This document shows, piece after piece, positions 8,593-18,679 of a stretch of 64,000 nt of DNA (position 1 is the first letter of the stretch; every line of letters begins with the position of its first letter). The notes under the pieces were generated by a model. The model worked only from the letters and a program-made list of their open reading frames with translations, searched no databases and was not told the origin of the DNA. A program made the translations under genes and the position numbers. Source of the stretch: an uncultured Candidatus Rokubacteria bacterium (GTDB lineage Bacteria; Methylomirabilota; Methylomirabilia; Rokubacteriales; CSP1-6). The DNA lies in NCBI GenBank assembly GCA_963762145.1, contig CAVXJS010000021.1, forward strand, positions 992,001 to 1,056,000. Reading direction: 5' to 3'.

Positions 8593-8594
8593 TC

Positions 8595-8885
8595 TTAGGC
8601 CACGCCCTCGACCATCACCATGTTGGCGCGGCCGGCGCGCAGGCGCATCGCGAGCGGCTCTCGGTACTCCTCGGACGCGTACCAGCGCTTCGCCTGATCC
8701 AGGCTCGGAAACTCGAGGACGACCAGCCGGTTCGGCTTCCAGTCCCCCTCGATCGTCTGATGCGCGCCGCCGCGCACCAGGAAGCGGCCGCCGTAGGGCG
8801 TGAGGGTCGCGGGCACCCGCTTGCGGTACTCCTCCATCGCCGGCAGGTCGGTCACGGTGAGATCGACGATGATGTAGGCGGGCAT
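8595..8885 (-). CDS. DUF1330 family protein
   Basis: MPAYIIVD...YGGRFLVRGG...EGDW...VVLEFPS...WYASEEY. Confidence 0.88.
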   Translation of the reverse strand: MPAYIIVDLTVTDLPAMEEYRKRVPATLTPYGGRFLVRGGAHQTIEGDWKPNRLVVLEFPSLDQAKRWYASEEYREPLAMRLRAGRANMVMVEGVA

Positions 8886-8890
8886 CCCGG

Positions 8891-10309
8891 CTAGCCCCGC
8901 TTGCGCCGGGCGACGCCGGTGCGCACCGCCGCGTCGGCCACCGCGGAGGCCACCGCGGGCACCACGCGCGGATCGAACATCGAGGGCGTGATGTACTCCT
9001 CGCTCAGCTCGGAGTCCGACACGATGTTGGCGAGGGCGTGGGCGGCGGCCAGCTTCATCTCGTCGTTGACCTTGCGCGCCCGCACGTCGAAGAGTCCCTT
9101 GAAGAAGCCGGGGAAGCCGCACGAGTTGTTGATCTGGTTGGGATAGTCCGACCGGCCGGTGGCCATCACCTTGACGTACTTGCCCGCCTCCTCCGGCATG
9201 ATCTCGGGGGTCGGGTTGGCCATCGCGAACACGATCGCGTCGCGATGCATCGCGCCGAGATCGTCCACCTTCACCACGCCGGGGCCGCTCAGGCCGATGA
9301 ACACGTCGGCGCCGACCATCGCGTCGCGCACGGTGCCGCGGATCCCCTCCGCGTTGGTGTGCTCGGCGAACCAGGCCTTCATCGGGTTCATGTTCTCGGT
9401 GCGCCCGCGATAGAGCGCGCCTGCCCGATCGCACGCCACGATGTTGCGCGCGCCTTCCAGCATCATGAGCTTCGCGGTGGCGATCGCGCTCGCGCCCGCC
9501 CCCGTGAACACGATCTTCACGTCGTTGAGCTTCTTGTTCACGATCTTCAGCGCGTTGAGCAGGGCCGCGAGGGTGACCACCGCGGTGCCGTGCTGGTCGT
9601 CGTGGAAGACCGGGATGTCGAGCTCGGCCTGCAGACGCTCCTCGATCTCGAAGCAGCGCGGCGCCGCGATGTCTTCCAGGTTGATGCCGCCGAAGACCGG
9701 CGCGATCGCCTTCACGGTGCGTACGATCTCGTCCACGTTCTTGGTGTCGAGCGCGATCGGAAACGCGTCCACGCCCGCGAACGACTTGAAGATGAGGCAC
9801 TTGCCTTCCATGACCGGCAGCGCCGCCGCGGGCCCGATGTCGCCCAGCCCCAGCACCGCGGAGCCGTCGGTGACGACGGCCACCGTGTGCTGCTTGATCG
9901 TGAGGTTGTAGACCTTCTCCGGATCGTCGTGGATGGCCATGCAGACGCGCGCGACGCCCGGGGTGTAGGCCATCGAGAGATCGTCGCGGGTCTTCACCGC
10001 CACCCGGCCGTTGACCTCGATCTTGCCGCCCAGATGCATGAGGAACGTGCGGTCGGAGACGTTGACCACCGTGACGTCCGGCTCCTGCCGCAGGCGCTCG
10101 ACGACGGCCTGCCCGTGGGCCTCGTCGGAGGCCTTGAAGGTGATGTCCCGGGTCATCTCCTTCTGGCTCGCCTCCACCACGTCCACCGCCCCGATGTCGC
10201 CGCCGGCCTCGCCGATGGCGGAGGTGATCCGGCCGAGCATGCCCGGCTTGTTGGCGAGACGGACGCGGACGGTCAGGCTATTGCTGGCGACGGGCGTATT
10301 GCGACTCAT
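8891..10309 (-). CDS. NAD(P)-dependent malic enzyme with N-terminal ACT domain
   Basis: NKPGMLG ACT motif; AYTPGVA, VTDGSAVLGLG, MEGK, NLEDIAAPRCF, FHDDQHGTA, FAMANPTPE, TGRSDYPNQINN. Confidence 0.93.
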   Translation of the reverse strand: MSRNTPVASNSLTVRVRLANKPGMLGRITSAIGEAGGDIGAVDVVEASQKEMTRDITFKASDEAHGQAVVERLRQEPDVTVVNVSDRTFLMHLGGKIEVNGRVAVKTRDDLSMAYTPGVARVCMAIHDDPEKVYNLTIKQHTVAVVTDGSAVLGLGDIGPAAALPVMEGKCLIFKSFAGVDAFPIALDTKNVDEIVRTVKAIAPVFGGINLEDIAAPRCFEIEERLQAELDIPVFHDDQHGTAVVTLAALLNALKIVNKKLNDVKIVFTGAGASAIATAKLMMLEGARNIVACDRAGALYRGRTENMNPMKAWFAEHTNAEGIRGTVRDAMVGADVFIGLSGPGVVKVDDLGAMHRDAIVFAMANPTPEIMPEEAGKYVKVMATGRSDYPNQINNSCGFPGFFKGLFDVRARKVNDEMKLAAAHALANIVSDSELSEEYITPSMFDPRVVPAVASAVADAAVRTGVARRKRG

Positions 10310-10397
10310 GGCGGCCTCCTTGCCGGGTTGTCACTGGGGGGCCAAGAATAGTCGAGTCGATGCAAGGAAGGCAAGCCCGGGCTAGACTGGCCGGGTC

Positions 10398-11300
10398 ATG
10401 AAGACCCGGCGCGCGCTCAAGGAGATGTCCCGCCTGGCCGACCGGTACCGTGTGCGGAACGCCGACCGCTTCCGCTTGAAGGACACGGATCCGGCCGACA
10501 CGAGCGGGGTGGCATCCCGGAGCCACGCCGAGAAGCTCCTCGAGAAGAACCTCGAGATCCTGCGCGAGATGCAGGAGAAGCTCTACGCGCAGGATCGCTG
10601 GGCCCTCCTGCTGATCTTCCAGGGCATGGACGCGGCGGGCAAGGACAGCGCGATCAAGCACGTGATGTCGGGCGTCAACCCGCAGGGCTGCGACGTGCAC
10701 TCCTTCAAGCAGCCGAGCCCAAAGGAGCTCGATCACGACTTCCTCTGGCGGACCCATACCGCCTGTCCGGAGCGCGGCCGGATCGGTATCTTCAACCGCT
10801 CGTACTACGAGGAGGTCATCGTGACCCGCGTGCATCGGCAGATCCTCGACGCCGAGCGCCTCCCCGAGCCGCTCGTGACCAAGCACATCTGGGACGAGCG
10901 CTACGAGGACATCAACGCCCACGAGCGATACCTCGCACGCAACGGGACGGTGATCCGGAAGTTCTTCCTGCACCTCTCGAAGGCGGAGCAGCGGCGGCGC
11001 TTCCTGGCGCGCCTCGACGAGCCCGCGAAGAACTGGAAGTTCTCCCTCGGCGACGTGACCGAGCGGGAGTCCTGGCCGGACTACCAGGAGGCCTACGAGG
11101 CCGCGATCCGGGCCACCGCCACCAAGCGGGCCCCGTGGTACGTCGTGCCCGCGGACCACAAGTGGTACACCCGCCTCATCGTGGCCTCTGCCATCGTCGA
11201 CACGTTGGCCGAGCTGGACCTCGCGTTCCCCGAGGCAAACAAAGGAAAACGGAAGGAGCTGGAGAAGGTCCGCGCGGCGCTCCTCGACGAAAAGGCCTGA
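10398..11300 (+). CDS. ppk2: Polyphosphate kinase 2 family protein
   Basis: FQGMDAAGKD Walker A, GVNPQG, HDFLWR, FNRSYYE, KNWKFS, PWYVVPADHKW. Confidence 0.92.
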   Translation: MKTRRALKEMSRLADRYRVRNADRFRLKDTDPADTSGVASRSHAEKLLEKNLEILREMQEKLYAQDRWALLLIFQGMDAAGKDSAIKHVMSGVNPQGCDVHSFKQPSPKELDHDFLWRTHTACPERGRIGIFNRSYYEEVIVTRVHRQILDAERLPEPLVTKHIWDERYEDINAHERYLARNGTVIRKFFLHLSKAEQRRRFLARLDEPAKNWKFSLGDVTERESWPDYQEAYEAAIRATATKRAPWYVVPADHKWYTRLIVASAIVDTLAELDLAFPEANKGKRKELEKVRAALLDEKA

Positions 11301-11312
11301 GCCCGGCCGGGA

Positions 11313-12121
11313 TCAGGCCTTGAGGAACGCCTGCACCGCCCGCGCGGTGGCGTCGGGCTCGCTCCAGATGGGGCGCGTGGCCGGCGCCCGCGCACCACCT
11401 CGAGCCGCGTGTCGGCGATCTTCCCCGCGAACTCCTTCGGCGTAGGCGCGCGGGACAAGCCGGTCGTGCTCGCCCCAGAGCAGCAGGGTGGGCGCGGTGA
11501 TGCGGTGGATGCGCTTCTTGAGCCCCTTGTCCGGGATCGGCCAGATGAACTTGCCGGTCGCCCCCATCGCCCACGTGAGCCGGGTCCGCGCGAGGGCGCC
11601 GCCTCCGCCTCGGCGGGCACCGCGAACATCGCCTTGGCCGCGGGGCCGTCGGGCTCGGTGGAACACGTACGCCGGCATCTCGGCCGGGCCCTGGAGCATC
11701 CAGTTGATCACCGGCGCGTCGTCCCGCCAGAGCCCGATCGGGATCCATGAGGACCAGCCGCTTCACCCGCGCGGGCTGGAGGGCGGCCACCTCGCACGCC
11801 ACCATGGCCCCGAAGGAGTGCCCGGCGAGCACGACCTCGCGCAGCCGGAGCTGCTCGAGCAGCTCGTCGTAGCAGAGCACCAGATCCCACAGGGAGTCCA
11901 CGTGCTGGATCGCGTCCGGGTCGCCCGGGCGTCGTGCCCGGGTGCTCCGGCGCGTAGACCGTGAACTGCCGGGCGAGCGCGTCGAGGAACGGGCCCCACT
12001 GAGCCCCCACGGCCCGTGGAAGAAGACCAGCGCGCGGCCCCGCGCCCGCTGACGTGGACGCGGAAGGGCACGCGCCCGTTCCAGACCGGTGACGGTGCGG
12101 TCGCCTGCGCGCCTCGATCAT
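11313..12121 (-). CDS. Alpha/beta hydrolase, broken by several frameshifts (probably assembly errors)
   Basis: Pieces in different frames: FTVYAPEHPG, LAGHSFGAMVA, PTLLLWGEHDRLVP, GAGHAPHLE. Confidence 0.75.
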
Positions 12122-12132
12122 CGGCGCCGCGC

Positions 12133-13370
12133 TCAGGCGCGGCTGGCGGCCGTGGCCTCGCGCAGGCTCTTCGGCCACCAGTGGTTCTCCCAGCCCTTGT
12201 CGTCCCAGATCTCGCGCAGCCCGGGCAGCACCTCGCGCGCGAAGAGGTCGATGTTCTTGAGCGTCAGCTCGTGCGGCATCGAGCCGATCTGCACCAGCAC
12301 CATCAGGTTGCCCACGTGCAGGCGCTTGATGACCTCCTCGATCAGCCGCTCGCTTGCACGGTGGCCGGGCTGCCCGCGATCACGTAGCCCTTGTCCACGA
12401 AGTCCTTGTAGCGGAGCGTCTTGGGATCCTCGGCCCGGCGCACCGGGTTGCGGTTGGCCGCGAGCAGGCTCCGGTAGTCCTGGTTGCCCGGCGGCGCGAA
12501 CCACTGCGGCGGCACGTGCAGGCACTTGTGATAGAAGTACTCGACGTGCTTGGCGTAGTCGGCCTCGGCCTGCGCGTCGGTCTCGGACACCGCGACGAGC
12601 TGCAGGAAGCCCGCGCGATACGGATTGCGCTCGAGCCCTTTCTTCTCCACCACGTCCCAGTAGCCGTCCATCATCGTGCGTGGCCGCGCGGGCGCCCGCG
12701 TAGGAGAGGAAGCAGTAGCAGACGTTGTGCTCGGTGGCGAAGTCGAAGGTGCTGATGCTGCCCGAGCCCGGCACCCACACCGGCGGGTGCGGGCTCCTGC
12801 ACCGGCCGCGGCCAGAGGTTGACCTGGCCGAGCTGGAAGTACTTCCCGTTCCACGCGAAGATCTCCTTCGCCTGCCACGCCTTCAGCACGAGCTCGAACG
12901 CCTCGCGGTAGCGCTCGCGGTGCTCCATCGGGGTGATGCCGTAGGCGAGGTTGACGTCCATCGGGCTGCCGAGCGGCAGGCCGGCGACGAGCCGGCCGCC
13001 GCTGATGCAGTCGAGCATGCCGTACTCCTCGGCCACGCGGATCGGCGGCGAGGTGGTCGGCAGCGTCATGCCCATCTGCACGATGGCCACGTCGAGGCCG
13101 TTGGTCTGCTTGGCCAGCACGCTGCCCATGAGGTTCGGGCTCGGCATGAACCCGTAGGCGTTCTGGTGGTGCTCGTTGGTGCACACGCCGTCGAAGCCGG
13201 CCCGGGCCGCGTAGAGCAGCTCGTCGAGCGTCCAGTTGTAGTACTGGCCCACGCGCCGGGCATCGGCCAGCTCCCACCAGGGCGGGGTCACCCAGACGCT
13301 GTCGTAGCGGCGCTCGAAGTCCGTGGGGCAGCTCGCGGTGCGGCATCAGGTGGAACGCGCTGACTTTCAT
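12133..13370 (-). CDS. Luciferase-like (LLM class) flavin-dependent oxidoreductase, at least 4 frameshifts
   Basis: MKVSAFHLMPH; GFDGVCTNEHHQNAYG, RVAEEYGMLDCISGGRL, NLWPRPVQ, WVPGSGS, LFAREVLP across frames. Confidence 0.82.
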
Positions 13371-13478
13371 GGCCGGGCACTCTCCCTTCCAGCTGGATGG
13401 GGGAAGCATAAGCGACCCGGCGGGGCGGCTCAAGTTTGCGAGCGAAGCGGCTCCGGTCGGCTAGACTCAACCCCAAAC

Positions 13479-15815
13479 GTGGAGAAACCGGCTCCCCCGC
13501 CCACACTGCCCGAGGTCGTGTCCGCGCTGGTGACGGCGTGGCGGAATCTGGCCGCCTATCCGCCCGGCCACCCCGCCCGCGCGTCCGCGCTCGCCACCGC
13601 GCATGCGCGCGTGCGCGCGTCCCTGGCCGCCTCGAGCCCCCTGCTCCTGGGGATCGGGCGCGACGGGCTCGTCAGCGCGGGCAAGAAGCTCGAGACCCCG
13701 CAGGTGCGGGCCTTCGCCCGGGCCCTCTACCGGCGCAACGGCGGCCTGCTGCGGATCGAGGAAGACGTGGAGGCCGTCGAGCTGGAGCGCTTCCTGGCCA
13801 TGCTGGGCGACACGGGGCCCGCCCGCAACGAGCCCCTCACCGGCGACGAGCTGCCGGCCGCCGGTATCACCCATATCTCCGTCTCGGCCATCGACTACAG
13901 CGCGCTCGTCACGACCACGGACGTCGCCCCGGCCACGCCGGAGGAGCAGCTCGCTCTTCGACGGCCTGCTGGAGTCGCTGCTGGCCGCGGAGCCCATCGG
14001 GTCGGGGGGCGACCGCTCGGGGCCGCGCGAGAGCTCCTCGGCGGAGTCCATCGCCTCCCTGTTCCGTGGAGGGCCCGGCACGGGTGGAACCGGGGCCGGC
14101 GGCCCGGGCGGAGGGGGACCCGGCGGTGGAAGCGGCGGCTCCGGGGGTGGCGGCGCCAGCGGGGGCGGCTGGGGGGCCGGCGGCCACGGTCGAGGCAGCG
14201 GCCGGGGCGGCAGCGGATTCGCCGCGGCCGGCGGACAGGCCGCGGGCGGCCGCCTCGGCATGGCCGCCGCGTACACCCTCGCCGGCCTGGTGGGCAATCG
14301 GCTGGAGAGCGCGGACAGCGACGAACGGGAGAAGCTGGCGCCGCAGATCATCCAGCTGCTCCGCGCGCTCCCCGGCGCGGTCCGTGAGCCGGTGCTGGCC
14401 GCCGCGCTCCGCACCCTCGCCCGCGAGGAGGGCGCGAGCGCGCACCTGGCCAGGCTGGCCGCCGCGCTCCCGGCCGCCGACGTGCTCCGCGGTCTCCGTC
14501 GCCTGGCCCGCGAGCAGGGGCAGCTCTCGAGCCACGCGCTCCAGATGGCCCAGGCGCTGGCCGAGGCGCACGAGGAGATGGACCCGGCGGCCGGGGCGCT
14601 GCCCGAGCCGCCCGCGGACTTCGCGGAGATGGCGGCCCTGTTCCGCGAGGAGGACGTGGACCGCTACAACCCCGAGGACCATCGCGCGCTGCTGGCCCAG
14701 AAGCCGACGGTGGACCTGGACGCGATCGCGGTCGAGGTGGCCGCGGACCCCGACGCCTTCGGTCCCGACACCGAGAGCGACGACGCCATCGAGCGGCGCG
14801 TCGTCACGACGCTGCTCGACATGACCGCGAGCTGTCCCGACATCGTGCGGCCGCTCGTCCTGGGCCGCCTGCGCGAGATCTTCGTCCGCGCGCTCCAGCA
14901 GAATCGCTTCGCCCAGGCCGTCGGCATCATCCGCGCGGTGCGCGACCTGATCGCGGACCCGAGCCAGGCGGAGCGGCGCGAGGCGCTCGACGAGTTCCTG
15001 GCCAATATCGCCGACGCGCCGACCCTGGCCGCCCTCGTGGCCGCCAGCCGGCAGCCGGGCGGGCCGCCCTTCGTGCAGGTGCAGACGCTGATCCTCGCCC
15101 TCGGGCGCCTCGGCCTCGCGCGGGCTGCTGGAGGCGCTGGCCGCCGAGCAGGATCGCGGGCGCCGGCTGCGCCTGATCGAGCTCGCGGCCTCGCTGGGCG
15201 CGGCCATCGTCCCGGAGACGCGGCGTCTGCTCGCGGATCCGCGCTGGTACGTGGTGCGCAACATGGTGCTGCTGCTCCGGCGGGTGCAGGATCGCTCGGC
15301 CATGGGCGAGATCCTGCGCTGCGCCGATCACGCGGACCTCCGGGTGCGGCTCGAGGCCATCCGGGCGCTCTTCGCCTTCGACACCAAGGTGCCGCGCGAT
15401 CTGCTCGCGCGCACCATCAACCATCCCGGACCCGAGGCTGGCGGAGGCGGCGGTCCTGCTCTCCGGCCAGCACCGCATCACGCAGGCGACCGACCTGCTC
15501 GTGGAGATCCTGCTCCGCTGGGATTTCTTCGGGCGGCGCCGCTCGATGCGGCTCAAGGCACTGCGCGCCCTCGCCGACCTCGGGGACGCGGCGGTGCTGC
15601 CGAGGCTCGGCCGCTTCTTCCGCGAGTGGCCGTTCCCGCTCGTCTCGATCGATGAGCGGCGGTCCGCCTACCGGTACCTGAGCTCCTACGACGCGGCCGC
15701 CCGCTCGCCATGGGTGGCGCGGGGCGAGAAGTCCCGGGACCCGGTGATTCGCGACATCTGCCGGGGGCTCGCCAAGGCGGGCTCCCCGACCCGGACCGAG
15801 AGCGATGCGGAATGA
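13479..15815 (+). CDS. HEAT-repeat protein with N-terminal YPxxHP domain and Gly-rich linker (frameshifts near 13950, 15110, 15425)
   Basis: AAYPPGHPA N-terminus; long Gly-rich tract; DPRWYVVRNMVLLL, HADLRVRLEAIRAL, LKALRALADLG HEAT-like repeats. Confidence 0.75.
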
Positions 15816-17005
15816 GTGAGCCGGCGATCCCGGGTGCGCTCTCCGCGGTGGATCGCCTGGTGGTCAGTCTGGTCGCCGGCATCAACATGCGCGCGCTCTA
15901 CGGCGCCGAGCACCCCGCGCTCGCCAGCCACGTGGAGCGCATCCTGGAGGCGGTCACCACGGCGTGCGAGGAACGGCAGCGGGACGATCTCACGTTCCTC
16001 GTGGTCGGCCAGGACCTCGTGGTGGAGACGCAGCCGCTCCGGACGGGCAGCCTGTACCACCAGCAGTTCATCCGCGCCCTCACCCGGCGAGGCGTGGAGC
16101 GCCTGACCGTGGCCCGCGGCCTCGACACCGAGGAGTGCGTGCGCTTCCTGACCCCGATGGCGCTCGGCGGCGTTCCGATCTCCACCCGCTACATCACGGT
16201 GGGCCGCGTCGAGCTGCAGGCGGCCCCCACGATCGAGGAGGGACCCGGCCCCGGCACCGGCGCGGGCGGAGGCGCGGGCGCGGGCCCCGGCGGAGACTCG
16301 GCGATCGAGTCCCTGACCGGGCAGAGCGTGGACGGCGCGCGCGACGCCTTCACCGAGTTCCGCACCGACCGCCGTGGCGGCCTCGTGCGCCTGGAGCAGG
16401 TCGTGTGGAGCCTCGTGGACGCGCTGCAGCGGGCCACGCGGGAGATCCTGCCCCTCGCCCCGCTCAAGACGCACGATGACTACACCTTCGTCCACTCCGT
16501 GAACGTCTCGCTGCTCACCCTGGCCCAGGCGCGCTCGTTCGGCATCGAGGGGGCCCGGCTGCACGCCATCGGGCTCGCCGCCTTCCTGCACGACATCGGC
16601 AAGCTCAGGATCCCGCTCGACGTGCTGAACAAGCCGGGCAAGCTCGAGGGCGAGGAGTGGCGGATCATGATGGGCCACGCGCAGGAGGGAGCGACGCACC
16701 TCTGCGGCGTCGAGGGCACCCACCCCCTCGCGATCCTGGTGGCCTACGAGCACCACATGCGCTACGACGGGCAGCCGAACTACCCGGTGCCGCGCATCGG
16801 CCGGCGGCCCACCCTGGCCAGCCAGATGACCTCGATCTCCGACGTCTACGACGCGATCTGCACCACGCGGCCCTACGCGAAGGCCCGCTCGCGCGAGTTC
16901 GCGGTGAAGGTGCTCACCGAGCGCGTGGGCACCTTCCACAGCCCCGGGCTGGTGGCGAACTTCGTCCGCATGGTCGGCGTCGAGGGCACGCCGACCTCGT
17001 CCTAG
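15812..17005 (+). CDS. HD-GYP-like phosphohydrolase
   Basis: YTFVHSVNV, LHDIGK, NKPGKL, HAQEG, EHHMRYDGQPNYP, DVYDA..TTRPY; ATGA overlap with the upstream gene. Confidence 0.88.
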   Translation: MSEPAIPGALSAVDRLVVSLVAGINMRALYGAEHPALASHVERILEAVTTACEERQRDDLTFLVVGQDLVVETQPLRTGSLYHQQFIRALTRRGVERLTVARGLDTEECVRFLTPMALGGVPISTRYITVGRVELQAAPTIEEGPGPGTGAGGGAGAGPGGDSAIESLTGQSVDGARDAFTEFRTDRRGGLVRLEQVVWSLVDALQRATREILPLAPLKTHDDYTFVHSVNVSLLTLAQARSFGIEGARLHAIGLAAFLHDIGKLRIPLDVLNKPGKLEGEEWRIMMGHAQEGATHLCGVEGTHPLAILVAYEHHMRYDGQPNYPVPRIGRRPTLASQMTSISDVYDAICTTRPYAKARSREFAVKVLTERVGTFHSPGLVANFVRMVGVEGTPTSS

Positions 17006-17205
17006 GGTCGGCGGTCGTCGGCCTGGGCCGCCCGGTGGGCTCGCGCCTGAGCCAGGTCGGTCGGATCGAGATAGCGGAGCGGCTCCGCGTCGAACCGGCG
17101 CTTGCACTCCTTGGAGCAGAAGTAGAACGCCTGGCCTTCGTACTCGGACTGCGCCACGGCCGAGGCCGGGTTGACCTCCATCTTGCATACTGGATCGAGT
17201 CCCAT
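17002..17205 (-). CDS. YHS domain protein
   Basis: DPVCKMEV...YEGQAFYFCSKECKRRFDAEPLRY; SD AGGAGG. Confidence 0.88.
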   Translation of the reverse strand: MGLDPVCKMEVNPASAVAQSEYEGQAFYFCSKECKRRFDAEPLRYLDPTDLAQARAHRAAQADDRRP

Positions 17206-17231
17206 GACCGTCCTCCTTGCGACTGCCAGGG

Positions 17232-17246
17232 GCAAGACCGATGCCA
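17232..17246 (-). promoter_or_regulatory. Sigma-54 (-24/-12) promoter for the YHS gene
   Basis: TGGCAT-CGGTC-TTGC on minus strand, 26 nt upstream of ATG. Confidence 0.65.
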
Positions 17247-17337
17247 CGACGAAGGGCGAGTAATATGAACGGGCTGGCCGCGCGGCGGGCGGCGCCGCAT
17301 CGATCACCGGAAGGAACTACCCGGTAGGAGCAACCTG

Positions 17338-17943
17338 ATGCCGACGGCGGGCAAGCACTTCTCGATGATCCGCAACTTTCACCTGGCGGATTTCTTCACC
17401 ATCGCCAACGGCTTCTGCGGCGTCGCCGCCCTGTTCCAGGCCATGTGGTTCCTCGCCCGAGGCGACCGCTGGCGCCTGGACGTGGCGGCCGCGCTCGTCC
17501 TCCTGGCCCTCGTCCTCGACGTGCTCGACGGGCGCATCGCCCGCTGGCGGCACCACGCCTCGCCCATGGGGCGCGAGCTGGATTCCCTCGCCGACGTGAT
17601 CTCGTTCGGGGTGGCGCCGGCGGGCATCGCGTTCGCGGCCGGCCTGCGGAGCACGCTCGACCAGATCATCCTCATGTACTTCGTCGGCTGCGGCCTGAGC
17701 CGGCTCGCCCGCTTCAACATCACCGCGGAGACGCTCGCCACCGACACCGGCAAGGTGCGCTACTTCGAGGGCACGCCGATCCCGACCAGCATCATCCCGC
17801 TCGGCCTGCTCCTGCTCGCCTTCCACCGGCAGAGCCTGTTCCCGGTGGTGGTGGGCGGGTTCGAGCTGCATCTCGTGAGCCTGCTCTTCCTGCTGTCCGG
17901 CAGCCTGATGATCAGCAAGACCCTCAAGGTGCCCAAGCCCTAG
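17338..17943 (+). CDS. pssA: CDP-diacylglycerol--serine O-phosphatidyltransferase (CDP-alcohol phosphatidyltransferase)
   Basis: DVLDGRIAR...GRELDSLADVISFGVAPA, SRLARFN, FEGTPIP. Confidence 0.88.
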   Translation: MPTAGKHFSMIRNFHLADFFTIANGFCGVAALFQAMWFLARGDRWRLDVAAALVLLALVLDVLDGRIARWRHHASPMGRELDSLADVISFGVAPAGIAFAAGLRSTLDQIILMYFVGCGLSRLARFNITAETLATDTGKVRYFEGTPIPTSIIPLGLLLLAFHRQSLFPVVVGGFELHLVSLLFLLSGSLMISKTLKVPKP

Positions 17944-17947
17944 CGCC

Positions 17948-18679
17948 ATGAGTGTCCGCGCGCGCATCGGGGTGCTGGTTCCGCCCGGGAACCCGACCGT
18001 GGAGCCCGAGCTCTACCGGATGGCGCCGTCCGGCGTCAGCGTGCACTTCGCCCGGCTGCAGGGTCCCCCGTCGGACGGCCGGCCCGGCGGCGCCGGCGGC
18101 ATGGAGGAGCGCACGCGCGCGTATCGCGAAGGGCTGGACGGCCCGGCGCAGGCGCTCGGCGAGGTGCGTCCGGCGATCGTCCTGCTGGCCCACACCGCCT
18201 CGAGCTACGCGCTCGGCTGGGGACACGAGCAGCCGCTCGTGGAGCGCCTCGCCTCGCTCTGCCGCGCCCCCGCGCTCCTGGCCGCGCAGGCGGTGCGGGC
18301 CGCGCTCCACCACCTCGGCGTGACGCGGCTCGCGCTGGGCACCCCGTACCCGGAATCGATCAGCCGGCAGGGGCGCGCGTACTGGGAGGCGGCGGGCTTC
18401 CAGCTCGTGGGCTATCACCGCCTCGCGGGCGTGGTCGACATCTACGAGGAGTCGGAAGCGCGCGCGGCCGAGCTCGCGCGTCTGGCCGATACCCCCGACG
18501 CGCAGGCGGTGCTGATCAGCGGAACGGGGCTGCCGACCGTGGGCGTGCTCGAGGATCTCGAGCGTGAGCTGGGCAAGCCGGTGATCAGCAGCAACCAGGC
18601 GTGTCTCTGGCGGGCGCTGCGACTGGCGGGCGTGAGCGATCCGGTGGCCGGATTCGGGCGGCTGCTGCGCGAGGGCTGA
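17948..18679 (+). CDS. Maleate isomerase / Asp-Glu racemase family protein lacking both catalytic Cys
   Basis: IGVLVPPGNPTVEPE, GTPY, SSNQA; Cys positions read LAHTAS and ISGTGL. Confidence 0.82.
   Translation: MSVRARIGVLVPPGNPTVEPELYRMAPSGVSVHFARLQGPPSDGRPGGAGGMEERTRAYREGLDGPAQALGEVRPAIVLLAHTASSYALGWGHEQPLVERLASLCRAPALLAAQAVRAALHHLGVTRLALGTPYPESISRQGRAYWEAAGFQLVGYHRLAGVVDIYEESEARAAELARLADTPDAQAVLISGTGLPTVGVLEDLERELGKPVISSNQACLWRALRLAGVSDPVAGFGRLLREG

Noticed and set aside
14065-14255. GGC/GGG-rich tract as a DNA repeat or array
   Set aside because: It is the Gly-rich coding linker of the HEAT protein; no regular unit or spacers
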